DNA of 64,000 nucleotides from an uncultured Bdellovibrionales bacterium (GCA_964523015.1 CAZFXN010000008.1:708-64707), one strand, 5' to 3'; positions 1 to 9,735 are shown, counted from the stretch's first letter. Notes: generated by a model from the sequence alone, not told the origin. Numbers and translations: made by a program.

Positions 1-82
1 CTCCTTGCCTCTCAATGAGGCTCTAAAAAACCTATGATATGCTTATTATATAATGCGAAATATTTAAATCTTAGGAAACAGT

Positions 83-1057
83 ATGGACATTAAAAATTTA
101 TCAAATAACGAATTAATCTCTCGAATAGATTTACTTAGAAGCAAAGAGCGAGAGATAACTCTTAAATTCCTTACTCATCTTGGGGAATTTGATAAAAGAA
201 GTTTATACTTAGAATTAGGGTTCTCGTCCCTTTTTGATTACTGTACTAGAAAACTTGGGTACTCTGATGGGAGTGCTTTTAGAAGAGTAGAGAGTGCAAG
301 ATGTCTTAGAGAGAATCCTGAATTATCTAACTATATTCTATCTGGAAAAGTCTCTCTGTCGGTAATCTCAACTGCGGCTAGGGCAATTAAAGATAAAAAG
401 ATCTCTGTCTTTGATATTATCGGCAAATCAGCGCGTGAGGTTACCTCTCTTATTTCAGAAACCCTTCCAACAAATAAGCCTAAGGAAAAGATAACAGAAA
501 TTAAAGTGATAAAAGAAAGGAAGAGAGAGGATCTGCCGTTTCAAGATCTTTTTAGTTTAGCTCAGTCGGAAAATACCCCCTTATTACAGAACCCTCCTAT
601 ACCTACTTTCAAGTCAGAACCCAAGCCAGAGCCAGATACCCGTTATGAGATAAAGTTCTCTCTCCCTAAAGATATTTATAATGAGCTTCAAACCCTTAGA
701 TCGAAGCTTTCAAATAAACTAGGATCAAAAACCTCTATTGAGGGAATTTTTACTGAATTAATTAAAAGTTATGATAAAAAAGGAAAAGTAAAGAAAATAA
801 GATGGGCAGATGAAAACAGTCGATATATTCCCATATCAATAAAGAGAGAGGTAGCGGATCGTGATGGAGGTCAATGCAGTTATGTTTCACCACACGGTGT
901 GCGTTGTACCCAAAATCATTATCTTAACTATGACCATGTAAAGCCTTTTGCTTTAGGTGGAAAAACAAATAGTGATAATCTTAGACTTTTGTGTCGAGCA
1001 CATAATCAGATGTTTGCTAGAATGACTTTCGGTGAGGTAGATTTTTCCCGTAAATAA
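83..1057 (+). CDS. HNH endonuclease family protein (N-terminal DUF222-like helical domain + C-terminal HNH nuclease); long paralog
   Basis: ATG at 83 preceded by AGGA. C-terminus has the HNH motif (CSYVSPHGVRC...NYDHVKPFALGG...NLRLLCRAHNQ). N-terminal 85 aa are homologous to ORF 43185-43673. Confidence 0.8.
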   Translation: MDIKNLSNNELISRIDLLRSKEREITLKFLTHLGEFDKRSLYLELGFSSLFDYCTRKLGYSDGSAFRRVESARCLRENPELSNYILSGKVSLSVISTAARAIKDKKISVFDIIGKSAREVTSLISETLPTNKPKEKITEIKVIKERKREDLPFQDLFSLAQSENTPLLQNPPIPTFKSEPKPEPDTRYEIKFSLPKDIYNELQTLRSKLSNKLGSKTSIEGIFTELIKSYDKKGKVKKIRWADENSRYIPISIKREVADRDGGQCSYVSPHGVRCTQNHYLNYDHVKPFALGGKTNSDNLRLLCRAHNQMFARMTFGEVDFSRK

Positions 1058-1406
1058 TCAATCGAAATAATCTTTAATAAATAGGTAATCTTGGGGCAGT
1101 TTTCCTATTTTTACTTCTACGTAGAAGTAAAGTTCTTACAATTACAAAAAAGTTACAGTTCAATACAAAATCGGGACAACGCTACTCAATAAAGTATCAA
1201 TACATGACCAATACTGGTCGAACATTTTCTAAAAAAGCACTAGTGACTGAAGGTGAATACCATAGTTTTACTGAGGGTGGTTCTGCTGAGATCGTAGTCT
1301 CTCGATCAAAGCCATCTATCGCTGCACTTAAAAATTTAGCAAATCAGGCACGTGCCGCGATGAAGTTGCCGCCGTTTTAAATGTCATCTATCTAATTGAT
1401 TAAGAA

Positions 1407-2666
1407 TTAAGCCAGATCTGTCATCCGCTCACTAGCCTTACGTTGCAAAAAATCTGTTTGTTTTTTACCGAGACCAATTTGAGGAATGCGTTTAATCCAT
1501 GGTGCTACTTGTTTCAATAATCGATTTAGTATTGATCTTACGGCCTGCTCCCTGACTGAAAAGGCTTCACCAAACGAGATAAAATCACGTAATTTCAAAT
1601 TGTCGCGTCGACCCTCGAAATCTAGTGCCATCTGTTGATCACCGTAAGGCAGAGTAGACACTAGATCATAGGCTGGTGATAGGACCACCCGACCAGTCGT
1701 CAGATCGGATAAGAGACTTATATTCTTACTGTGCAGATCTCCATTTGCGATAATGTATGAGAATGCTTTTAGAGCAATTAACTTTCCAATCTCAAGCACT
1801 GGGGCAGTACTAAATGTTTCAATTCCACTAGCGATATCACGCATTGAGAGGCGGTATTTATCTTGTGGATAGCGATTAAGAAACTGACATGCGTCCTCTT
1901 GGTGAATACTAATAATTTTCTTAGTATATTTATCGTATAACCGATCAAACCGCTCGACTAAGAGTCCATGATTTCCGGCCTTATCCATTACAATTTTAGT
2001 TGGAGCTGCATTTACTCCACAAGCACGCGCCATCTGCATAAAGAAATGTTCATTTTCAATTAACTTTGGAAACTTCTCTAATCCTAACTTAAGAATGTAC
2101 CTTTTGTTTCGTTTTTTTACAGATAGTGGAAATGAAATCATTTCAGCCGAAATCTTAGGATTGACTCCAGGAACAGAAGAATCCTGCAACCTCACTGCAT
2201 AATTCTCTGACGAAATGCTCTTTTCAAATAAATCATTAAACAAAACTGAATTTATATTCTCTACCTCATAACCTACTCCCTGAAACTCAGAATATTGTGT
2301 TAACGATACATAGACATCGCCAATACAATCTTTACCGGAAGCAGCCAAAAGACTGAACATGTCATCACTAGAAGTTTTAAGAACAGTTACTAATGCGCTT
2401 AATCGTCTTCCCTCAGGTAAAAGTCCAGCAAAGAAAGGATGTAAATTGTCACCACTAACAGTAAAGCTTGAATTTGAAAGTGGCATACTAAATGCGACTG
2501 AATCAACTTTACTTACATCTACGTTTTCAATTTGAACTCTACTCTCTCTGTATCCTAGATCATACTCGAAGATAGAGCCCTGCTCCGTGCGCGTCAAAGT
2601 TCCAGCCAACTTGTCTGATTTGAACACATAGACGCGATCAATTTCACGAATCAGTTCAAGCTTCAT
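1407..2666 (-). CDS. hipA: HipA-family Ser/Thr kinase toxin
   Basis: HipA N-terminal domain and catalytic motif (GDLHSKNISLL). 4-bp overlap with upstream HTH gene, typical of a TA operon. Confidence 0.85.
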   Translation of the reverse strand: MKLELIREIDRVYVFKSDKLAGTLTRTEQGSIFEYDLGYRESRVQIENVDVSKVDSVAFSMPLSNSSFTVSGDNLHPFFAGLLPEGRRLSALVTVLKTSSDDMFSLLAASGKDCIGDVYVSLTQYSEFQGVGYEVENINSVLFNDLFEKSISSENYAVRLQDSSVPGVNPKISAEMISFPLSVKKRNKRYILKLGLEKFPKLIENEHFFMQMARACGVNAAPTKIVMDKAGNHGLLVERFDRLYDKYTKKIISIHQEDACQFLNRYPQDKYRLSMRDIASGIETFSTAPVLEIGKLIALKAFSYIIANGDLHSKNISLLSDLTTGRVVLSPAYDLVSTLPYGDQQMALDFEGRRDNLKLRDFISFGEAFSVREQAVRSILNRLLKQVAPWIKRIPQIGLGKKQTDFLQRKASERMTDLA

Positions 2667-2914
2667 ATACTAAGCTCTTTTGCTAAACGAATTCCCTCTT
2701 TGCCTCTTTGAAGTTGCAGCTCAAGTCCAAGTGTCTCCAAAACTGCGAGTAGTTTGTCAAAACGAACAGTTGATTTTCCACGCTCAAGCTCAGAGATGAA
2801 GTTGATCCCTGTACCGGAGAATTTTCCTAACTCTTCTTGAGTTAACTTTTGAGTCTTTCTTTCCGCTCTAATAACTTGTCCTAGTTTTAGGTGTCTATTC
2901 ATAAAAATTGCCAA
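2663..2914 (-). CDS. hipB: XRE-family HTH transcriptional regulator, HipB-like antitoxin
   Basis: 83 aa with helix-turn-helix (TQEELGKFSGTGINFISELERGKS). Overlaps hipA start by 4 bp. Confidence 0.8.
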   Translation of the reverse strand: MAIFMNRHLKLGQVIRAERKTQKLTQEELGKFSGTGINFISELERGKSTVRFDKLLAVLETLGLELQLQRGKEGIRLAKELSI

Positions 2915-3026
2915 TATTTCATTTGAATTAGTGAATTTAATCCATTAAAGCATTATTTTTGCTAAAATTATAGTATTTTTCACTTGATTGAGTTAATATA
3001 TCATGTGATGCAACAAAAAGTAGTTG

Positions 3027-3068
3027 TATTCACGATTTTTCATGCAATCGAATGAAAAATCGTGAATA
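3027..3068. promoter_or_regulatory. Perfect 17-bp-arm inverted repeat with 8-bp spacer (TATTCACGATTTTTCAT-N8-ATGAAAAATCGTGAATA), candidate operator or hairpin upstream of hipBA
   Basis: Read directly: arms 3027-3043 and 3052-3068 are exact reverse complements. Lies ~113 bp upstream of the hipB start codon. Confidence 0.4.
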
Positions 3069-3087
3069 AAGTTGGAATGATAATCTT

Positions 3088-3158
3088 GGCCTCTATGTCT
3101 CTGAGACCTGGCCTCTATGTCTCTGAGACCTCCACAGACTGAGACCTCCACAGACTGG
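3088..3158. repeat. Short tandem direct repeats (2 x 22 bp GGCCTCTATGTCTCTGAGACCT, then 2 x ~16 bp CCACAGACTGAGACCT-like)
   Basis: Seen directly in sequence. Lies in the long intergenic region between hipB and the carbamoyltransferase cluster. Confidence 0.6.
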
Positions 3159-3714
3159 TCAACACGGTCAACGAGATATTTGCATAAAGCAAAAATGGAG
3201 CAGTACCCCGAAGTACTGCTCCCCCACCCGAAAACCTGAAAAATCCTTATTTAACCTGATTAGGGAGTTGCCTCCCTCGTCCATGTGTTTAGATTGTAAA
3301 AATATAAGTTTCGGTGCTCATAAGAATTCAACAGAATTGGCACCTGATAACCTCTTAATATAAAACAATAAGTACAGAAAAAACTATTACTCGCTGATGC
3401 CGATCATATCCGAGTCGTTCAACCCGTAATAACCTGTCATAAATAGTTGATTTAAGCATAAGGTGCGATCAAGCGTTGCCTAGGATGCGTATATACATGA
3501 GCAATCATTATTTTAACTTTAATTCTACTTACAAGGTTCAATATGAATCAGGTTTCACAGCTGCGACGTGGCAATAAAGGAAGAACAAACTCAAGTAAGG
3601 CTCACCCTGAAAATGAGAACCCCAACGAATCGTTGTGGAATGCGAAGCTATTTATATTTGCAATGGGCATTATAGTAGTGCTCGCTACTGTTGCTGCTCT
3701 ATCAACAAATTAGT

Positions 3715-3873
3715 CTAAAAAAGTGTGTAGATGAATGGCGCTACTGCAGTGCCTTGAGTTGCTACTATCAACATACCCAATAGAAGAGAGAGAGCAATAA
3801 TGGGCGCGAGCCACCACTTCTTTCTAACTCTAAGAAATTCCCATAGCATAAGCGGATTGGATTTTTGTGCCAT
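3715..3873 (-). CDS. Small membrane protein, SxtK-like / DUF5989 family (52 aa)
   Basis: Not in the ORF track (<60 aa). Translation MAQKSNPLMLWEFLRVRKKWWLAPIIALSLLLGMLIVATQGTAVAPFIYTLF matches the conserved small protein that accompanies carbamoyltransferase/SxtJ pairs. Sits 55 bp downstream of the SxtJ-like gene on the same strand. Confidence 0.6.
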   Translation of the reverse strand: MAQKSNPLMLWEFLRVRKKWWLAPIIALSLLLGMLIVATQGTAVAPFIYTLF

Positions 3874-3928
3874 ATATCTACTCAATTAACTTTACAATAT
3901 CTAATAACATCTCATAACTTCACAATAT

Positions 3929-4342
3929 CTAATAAGGTGTAAAATATCTGGAACCGCTACCCATACTATCAGCTTTGATCCAATAAGAAGAAGCATTTTT
4001 ATCTATTCTCTGATCCAGTAGATCCTTACCAGCAATTCGCATGATGAGGCCAATAGGGGTAATTACAAGATAATAAATTAAACCCATAATTACCGGTGTC
4101 ATTATCTTACCCAGGGTTTCTCCCAGCCAGCTCCAAAATTTATCAACATAAAAAAGCCAACTAGGCTTGATTATTGCGGTTAAGCCAAAAAGCGCGATCA
4201 GTAAACACAAATACAAAAAAGTATCTCTACCACGATAAAAGGCATACATAGAGAATAAGCTAAAAATCAAAGCCATACTCAAGCCGAAACTCTTAAGTTC
4301 AGCCTCTGTTTTTCGAGTGGTTCCTTCCTTAATCAAGTGCAT
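3929..4342 (-). CDS. SxtJ-like membrane protein
   Basis: 137 aa with multiple TM helices. Overlaps the carbamoyltransferase stop by 14 bp and sits in the conserved position of SxtJ homologs. Confidence 0.65.
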   Translation of the reverse strand: MHLIKEGTTRKTEAELKSFGLSMALIFSLFSMYAFYRGRDTFLYLCLLIALFGLTAIIKPSWLFYVDKFWSWLGETLGKIMTPVIMGLIYYLVITPIGLIMRIAGKDLLDQRIDKNASSYWIKADSMGSGSRYFTPY

Positions 4343-6155
4343 ACTCGCTCCTCCAATCTGTATCGTTGGTTAGTTTGGGTTGATCCTCTTTGAACAATAT
4401 ACAATCATCAAGTACTAGGGCATCCATCTCAGTTCTCATAAAGCATCTATATGCATCTTCTGGAGAACAAACGATCGGTTCACCGCGCACATTAAATGAA
4501 GTATTCACCAGAACAGAGTAGCCGGTAAGTTTTTTGAATTCGGAAAGAAGCCTATAGAACTTATAGTTTTCGCGCTCATCTACAGTCTGAACCCGTGCTG
4601 AATAATCGATATGAGTAATAGCTGGGATATCACTTCTCGGGACATTGAGCTTCTCAATTCCCCAAAGTTCGTCAGTTTCCTTAGTCGTGGCGTTGCAACG
4701 GGAGCTTTTAACCGGAGCAACCAATAACATGTAGGGGGATTCGCCGTTCATTTCAAAATACTGAGCAACATCCTCTCGCAGAACCGCCGGAGCAAATGGC
4801 CTAAAAGATTCTCGAAACTTAATCTTCAAATTCATAACTTTTTGCATTGCAGAGCTACGGGCATCCCCAAGAATGCTTCTACATCCTAACGCTCTTGGGC
4901 CAAACTCCATCCGACCAGTTACCCAACCAACTATCTTTTCTTCAGCTAAAATTTGAGCAGTCTTCTTAAAAATCTCATCGCCCTTGAGTCGACTATACGG
5001 AATTCCTTCAGTCCGAAGCCAACTCTCGATTGAATCACCCATGAAGATTGGTCCGAGGTAAGAACCACGCTGTGAATCTCTGTCCGGTGTAACACCTCTT
5101 GGATTATCCAAAACCTGGTGCCATCCAAAAAGTGCTGCCCCCAAAGCTCCTCCGGCATCTCCAGCGGCCGGTTGAATCCAAATTCGCTCGAATATACCTT
5201 CACGTAATATTTTGCCGTTTCCAACACAGTTAAGTGCGACTCCTCCTGCCAAGCAAAGATTCTTTTCCCCTGTCTCCTTTCTCACATGCCTAGCCATTCG
5301 CAACATAATCTCCTCGGTAACATCTTGAACGGAGCAAGCCAAATCCATCTCTTTCTGAGTCAATGTCGATTCAGCTTCTCGAGGCGGTCCTCCAAAAAGA
5401 GCATGAAATTTATCAGAGGTCATCGTAAGACCCTGACAGTAGTTAAAATACTCCATATTTAAACGGAAAGAACCGTCATCTTTTAGATCAATGAGATTAT
5501 CGTAAATGAGTTTCGTATATTTTGGCGTGCCATATGGAGCAAGTCCCATCACTTTGTACTCGCCCGAATTAACCTTAAAACCGGTGTAATAGGTAAACGC
5601 TGAATAAAGCAGACCAAGACTGTGAGGGAATCGAAGTTCATACTGCAAGTCGATCTTGTTGCCTCGACCAACACCGTAACTGGTTGTAGCCCATTCCCCG
5701 ACTCCATCAAGTGTTATTATAGCCGCACTTTCAAACGGGGAGGGGAAAAAGGCAGAGGCAGCATGAGATTGATGATGTTCCGGATAAATCAACTCACCTT
5801 CAAACCCTAATTTTCGTTTTATTATATCTCCCATCCAAAGTTTCTCTTTAATCCAAAGAGGCATGGCCATCAGATATGATTTTATTCCAATCGGTGCAAA
5901 CGCGAGATAGGTCTCTAGTATACGTTCAAACTTGATCCAGGGTTTATCGTAAAAGGCAACATAGCTGATATCTTCAGGCCCAATGTTGCATTCGGACAAG
6001 CAGTATTCTATGGCCCGACTTGGAAAGGCAGCATCATGTTTAATCCGCGTAAATCGTTCTTCCTGCGCAGCTGCAGCAATATAACCATCCTCTATCAAAC
6101 AGGCGGCGGAGTCATGATAGAAGGCCGAGATTCCAAGTATATATATCTTTGACAC
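4329..6155 (-). CDS. Carbamoyltransferase (NodU/CmcH/SxtI family)
   Basis: 608 aa. N-terminal ILGISAFYHDSAACLIEDG is the characteristic carbamoyltransferase/HypF-like motif. Length and C-terminal domain are consistent with the O-carbamoyltransferase family. Confidence 0.9.
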   Translation of the reverse strand: MSKIYILGISAFYHDSAACLIEDGYIAAAAQEERFTRIKHDAAFPSRAIEYCLSECNIGPEDISYVAFYDKPWIKFERILETYLAFAPIGIKSYLMAMPLWIKEKLWMGDIIKRKLGFEGELIYPEHHQSHAASAFFPSPFESAAIITLDGVGEWATTSYGVGRGNKIDLQYELRFPHSLGLLYSAFTYYTGFKVNSGEYKVMGLAPYGTPKYTKLIYDNLIDLKDDGSFRLNMEYFNYCQGLTMTSDKFHALFGGPPREAESTLTQKEMDLACSVQDVTEEIMLRMARHVRKETGEKNLCLAGGVALNCVGNGKILREGIFERIWIQPAAGDAGGALGAALFGWHQVLDNPRGVTPDRDSQRGSYLGPIFMGDSIESWLRTEGIPYSRLKGDEIFKKTAQILAEEKIVGWVTGRMEFGPRALGCRSILGDARSSAMQKVMNLKIKFRESFRPFAPAVLREDVAQYFEMNGESPYMLLVAPVKSSRCNATTKETDELWGIEKLNVPRSDIPAITHIDYSARVQTVDERENYKFYRLLSEFKKLTGYSVLVNTSFNVRGEPIVCSPEDAYRCFMRTEMDALVLDDCILFKEDQPKLTNDTDWRSEYALD

Positions 6156-6421
6156 TACTAGGCTCAGAAAAATAAAATCTCGGGAAACATATCCTTACTG
6201 ACTCAACAGAGGTTCGCACACTTAGCAACTAACTTACACTCTAGATCAAATTCAAAGTCTTATAAATTTCCGACTTTCTTATACAGTCGATCAATTACTT
6301 CTGTGAATCGCCTTTTGCTTCAGTTGTTTTAGAGCAATCATGGGCACGAGTTCGTTCCATGATTGCTTTGGCTTTTGTCATCCAGCTCGAGTCATCACAA
6401 ACAATTCCAATTATTAATTAA

Positions 6422-6937
6422 CTATTTAGTAACAATATCAATATAAGAATTCACCTCATTCGCTTCCTGACGTGCTAAGGCTTCAATTCTCATTTTCTCA
6501 GCTTCGCTGTGAACTGGGCCCCTTAAAACGACAGTGCCATTTTCAAGAGTTATAATTTTTATATTTTGACCATAAGTAGACAGATAATTGTCTTTCATTA
6601 TTGCTTGTCTAATACGGCTGGTAGTCGCGATACTATTTTTTGAGTTTGATTGAACTTCTGATGTAATCGAGTTCGGCTCTCGATCGCGAATATTTATTTC
6701 AGAATTATCGGCTGGAATTCGTCCGAGATCTTCGTTGCGAGTAGGTTCCCTCATTCGACCCATTCTTTGCGATTCATCTCTCTCAATTTCACTGGTCCCC
6801 ATATTACGTTCTGAAGCGTTATTTCTCATCTCAGTACTACGACCTTCAGTTCGGGAATCAGGTGTTTCTGCAAGTGTGTTTCCCGCACTGATCATGACCA
6901 GTGTTACGAGAGGAATAATATATAATTTCGTTTTCAT
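6422..6937 (-). CDS. Secreted BON-domain protein
   Basis: Signal peptide (MKTKLYIIPLVTLVMISAGNTLA), a low-complexity basic/acidic middle, and a C-terminal BON-like segment (ITLENGTVVLRGPVHSEAEKMRIEALARQEANEVNSYIDIVTK). Confidence 0.6.
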   Translation of the reverse strand: MKTKLYIIPLVTLVMISAGNTLAETPDSRTEGRSTEMRNNASERNMGTSEIERDESQRMGRMREPTRNEDLGRIPADNSEINIRDREPNSITSEVQSNSKNSIATTSRIRQAIMKDNYLSTYGQNIKIITLENGTVVLRGPVHSEAEKMRIEALARQEANEVNSYIDIVTK

Positions 6938-7035
6938 AATAGTCTCCTTAAATTTTTTGCAAATCTCTAATTACCAGGCAGAGTGTATGTTTCATCAAAA
7001 TGTTTTAGTATGATCAGGATCATGCGCTTGCTCTA

Positions 7036-8040
7036 CTAACGCCATTTAATGAAATCGAAACTCCAACGATAATTCTGATTAAATTGCTTTCCATTGTTTA
7101 GAAAAGCTAGCTGTGATCCGCCGAAAAAAATCTGGTCAGCTCTATCTGCAAATCTCTGCTCTTTTGTTTGGCGATATACCCATGCATAGGCAGGGGCAAT
7201 GAGAAGATTCAAATCTGGAGCAGGGTCAGTTCCACCTGAAGGTACAACTCTATCAGTATAACGGAAAGCGGCCGCATGCCCGTCCCAAGTATGGTCCCAT
7301 AACCAGTCTAATCCAGTAATAAGTGCCGGAATTATCCGCGGATCCCCAGTATGCTCATAGTAGTTAATTAAAGCATGAGCGCTAAGCGCTACCATGAATG
7401 GCCTAACGTATAGTGATGTTTTTGATACAAACCACTGGTCAAAGTGCCCTAGTGCTTGATCAACAAACAGATCAAGTTTAGGGCGATGTGGTTCATTCAT
7501 ATCCTCAGCGTTTAATAAAGCATGAATTATGTATGCAACTTCTCTGCTTTGCTCAGTACTAACTGTAGCAGAAAGGGGCACTGTATCAGCTGCAAATGCT
7601 GCATTTTGAGTCAGTAGCAATGCAGCTTGCTTTGAAAGCAGATCTCCTGTGCGTAAGAAATCTTGGGTTAGACCATGCGAAAAGTTCCAATAACCTGGGA
7701 CTTGACCGTTATTGGGTAGTACATAGCCATCTCGGTAAATCTTTTCAGCTGCTTGGGCACAATCATTCCAGCGAGAATCACCGCTATAGTCAGCAATTTG
7801 ATAGAAAATCCATTCGGCATCGTAGTATGTATCCAGTAATCGAGTGTCAAAAGGAACCGTTTCATTTTTGAGTTGCTGGCAAAGTGATTCACCAAATGTG
7901 AGCATATTGGATTCCCAGTCTGTGAATCCAACGATAGCAGACTTTCCCAGAGATGCTTTATCGGTTGCGCCACCGCCACCTCCAGAACAGGCACTAGTAA
8001 CAAAGGCTATACTTAACAGAAATAGAAATCGGATTTTCAT
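7036..8040 (-). CDS. Lipoprotein of unknown function; paralog of the C-terminal domain of ORF 28455-29906 (possible polysaccharide-active hydrolase/lyase)
   Basis: Signal peptide plus lipobox (LLSIAFVTSACSGGGGG). ~60% identity blocks with 28455-29906 (YYDAEW(I/V)FYQI(A/G)DY..., NGKQFNQNYRWSFD(F/Y)IKWR). Confidence 0.6.
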   Translation of the reverse strand: MKIRFLFLLSIAFVTSACSGGGGGATDKASLGKSAIVGFTDWESNMLTFGESLCQQLKNETVPFDTRLLDTYYDAEWIFYQIADYSGDSRWNDCAQAAEKIYRDGYVLPNNGQVPGYWNFSHGLTQDFLRTGDLLSKQAALLLTQNAAFAADTVPLSATVSTEQSREVAYIIHALLNAEDMNEPHRPKLDLFVDQALGHFDQWFVSKTSLYVRPFMVALSAHALINYYEHTGDPRIIPALITGLDWLWDHTWDGHAAAFRYTDRVVPSGGTDPAPDLNLLIAPAYAWVYRQTKEQRFADRADQIFFGGSQLAFLNNGKQFNQNYRWSFDFIKWR

Positions 8041-8052
8041 AATTATTCCAAA

Positions 8053-9543
8053 TTATTTTTGAGCGTATAAACGTTTCAACTTTTTTCTAGCATGAAGATC
8101 ATTGCGATGAAGGTAACTTGGATGTCGAGAAAAAAACCTTGCCTGTCGAGCTTTAAAGGCAGGTACTTTCACCGAATTTTTGTTAGGCACAAAATTCAAA
8201 ACGAAATTCAAAACATTTTGGGCAACGATCATATTGCCCTCAGGAGTGTAATGGGCTTCTTTTCGAAAGTTAAATAACGAAACAGGATCCGGATTTCTCT
8301 TGAAAATCGATAAAAGATCAATTGTTTGAATTTTAGATCGCTTCAATTGCTCTAAGATTCGCTCTCGCCAAGGATGCTCAACATCATAGCCAAATGTACG
8401 ATAAGAAGGTAGGTATACAAAAATAAACTGTCCACCCCAACCTTCGACGCGACTCTTGGCTTCTTCTAAGATGTGATTAAATTTCAGAAACACTTCATCT
8501 TCAGATACTTCTGAATTCCAATGACGGAGTGCCCATTCACGTTTTATATCTGTAAGTCCCAGCAATGCTCGGATATGCCAGAGTTGAGACCATAAACGAA
8601 ACTGCCCCGGAAAATCATCAATCATTTGAGAGGTGGTACTGCGACTCTGTTCAGTTGCGACGCCTGTCTCAACAAACTCACGTAAGGCCTGATCGTAGTC
8701 TTTAGCTTTTGCTACAGCATGTCCGCTAAACTGCGGATCTTTTAAGTATCTAGAAAGAACTGGATGAGTAATTTCACGACTCAGATCGGGAATATCGTTG
8801 CCTTCGAAATAGAACCAGAAAACGTATCGCGGCTTTATGTTGCTTAGATATTCACGAATTGTAGCTAGCTCAAGCAATGGTCCATTGCCATTTTGACCTA
8901 AATTTAAAGTACGTGGGATAGTCGCTCGAACTTGCTCAGCATAACTTTGTCCTGATGGAGCACAGAATCCCTGTGTAAATGAATCTCCAATTAGGGCAAC
9001 ATCCACAGGCTGAGAATAAAGTCCCAACGGATTGGCAAATCCAAATTCATCACTATCATAAATATAATATTTCCCAGTCTCATTACAAAAGACAGTTGGC
9101 ACACGAGAAATTCCAGATAACGGTAAAACCTCCGCACCCGAGACAGTCAAAAAGCCAGGCATAATATTTTTGGGATGAACTGAGGGAAAAGCATTTTCTC
9201 CAGATTGTCTTAAATCTTGTACCACCTGAAGTTTGCTGCGCCGATCAAAACTATTCTGAAGTGTTATATATGGGCCTGATAAGACTAACAGAAATTCAGC
9301 TAAATAAAGTGGGATAGCACAAGAAATAGTCACTAAAGTCAAATTTATCATGGCGCCTTTGCCATGAGCTAATGCAAAAAGTACCAAACTGATATAGATC
9401 GACGGCAAAATAAGAAAGTAAATAATTGTGGGTGCAGTCCAAAGATATTGGCTATGATGAAACATCAACCACAGCACTACAATTCCAAAAAGAAATCCTA
9501 GTAGTATTGGCAATAATCTAGCGAACACAGAAATCAAACGCAT
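8053..9543 (-). CDS. Multi-pass membrane protein with SGNH/GDSL-like hydrolase domain (AlgX/AlgJ/DltD-like; putative polysaccharide O-acyl modification)
   Basis: N-terminal TM helices, then VALIGDSFTQGF (GDS block) and downstream conserved N/G blocks. Assignment is by motif only. Confidence 0.45.
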   Translation of the reverse strand: MRLISVFARLLPILLGFLFGIVVLWLMFHHSQYLWTAPTIIYFLILPSIYISLVLFALAHGKGAMINLTLVTISCAIPLYLAEFLLVLSGPYITLQNSFDRRSKLQVVQDLRQSGENAFPSVHPKNIMPGFLTVSGAEVLPLSGISRVPTVFCNETGKYYIYDSDEFGFANPLGLYSQPVDVALIGDSFTQGFCAPSGQSYAEQVRATIPRTLNLGQNGNGPLLELATIREYLSNIKPRYVFWFYFEGNDIPDLSREITHPVLSRYLKDPQFSGHAVAKAKDYDQALREFVETGVATEQSRSTTSQMIDDFPGQFRLWSQLWHIRALLGLTDIKREWALRHWNSEVSEDEVFLKFNHILEEAKSRVEGWGGQFIFVYLPSYRTFGYDVEHPWRERILEQLKRSKIQTIDLLSIFKRNPDPVSLFNFRKEAHYTPEGNMIVAQNVLNFVLNFVPNKNSVKVPAFKARQARFFSRHPSYLHRNDLHARKKLKRLYAQK

Positions 9544-9687
9544 ATTTCTCTTAAAAGTCTAAATAGACCATAAAGTACAGAGGGTAATTTATTTTGTTTT
9601 TATCTGAATAGACATGACACAGATCATAAGGATCTTAAAACAATAAGTATACTTTACCCACTTTCAAGCACAGGGAATGACTCATTT

Positions 9688-9735
9688 CCTAAATAAGTTC
9701 CTAAATAAGTTCCTAAATAAGTTCCTAAATAAACA
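9688..9735. repeat. 12-bp tandem repeat (CCTAAATAAGTT x ~4) immediately upstream of the VWA-like gene
   Basis: Seen directly. Ends ~12 bp before the start codon at 9747. Confidence 0.7.

Noticed and set aside
1100..1140. 22-bp perfect palindrome TTTACTTCTACGTAGAAGTAAA downstream of the HNH gene
   Set aside because: No adjacent T-tract for an intrinsic terminator, and no clear operator context. Noted but not called as a feature.
1204..1380. 58-aa ORF between the HNH gene and hipA (MTNTGRTFSKK...)
   Set aside because: No Shine-Dalgarno, no recognisable family, convergent with hipA. Cannot be supported from the sequence alone.
3543..3713. 57-aa ORF with C-terminal hydrophobic segment, convergent with the SxtK-like ORF
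   Set aside because: Weak SD (AAGG) but no homology signal. Left uncalled.
4946..5227. Antisense/internal small ORFs within the carbamoyltransferase gene (also 5622-5810)
   Set aside because: Fully embedded in a well-supported long CDS on the opposite or alternate frame. No independent evidence.
7596..8062. Several 70-110-aa ORFs on both strands inside the lipoprotein gene at 7036-8040
   Set aside because: They overlap the paralog-supported CDS, which is the better explanation for the region.
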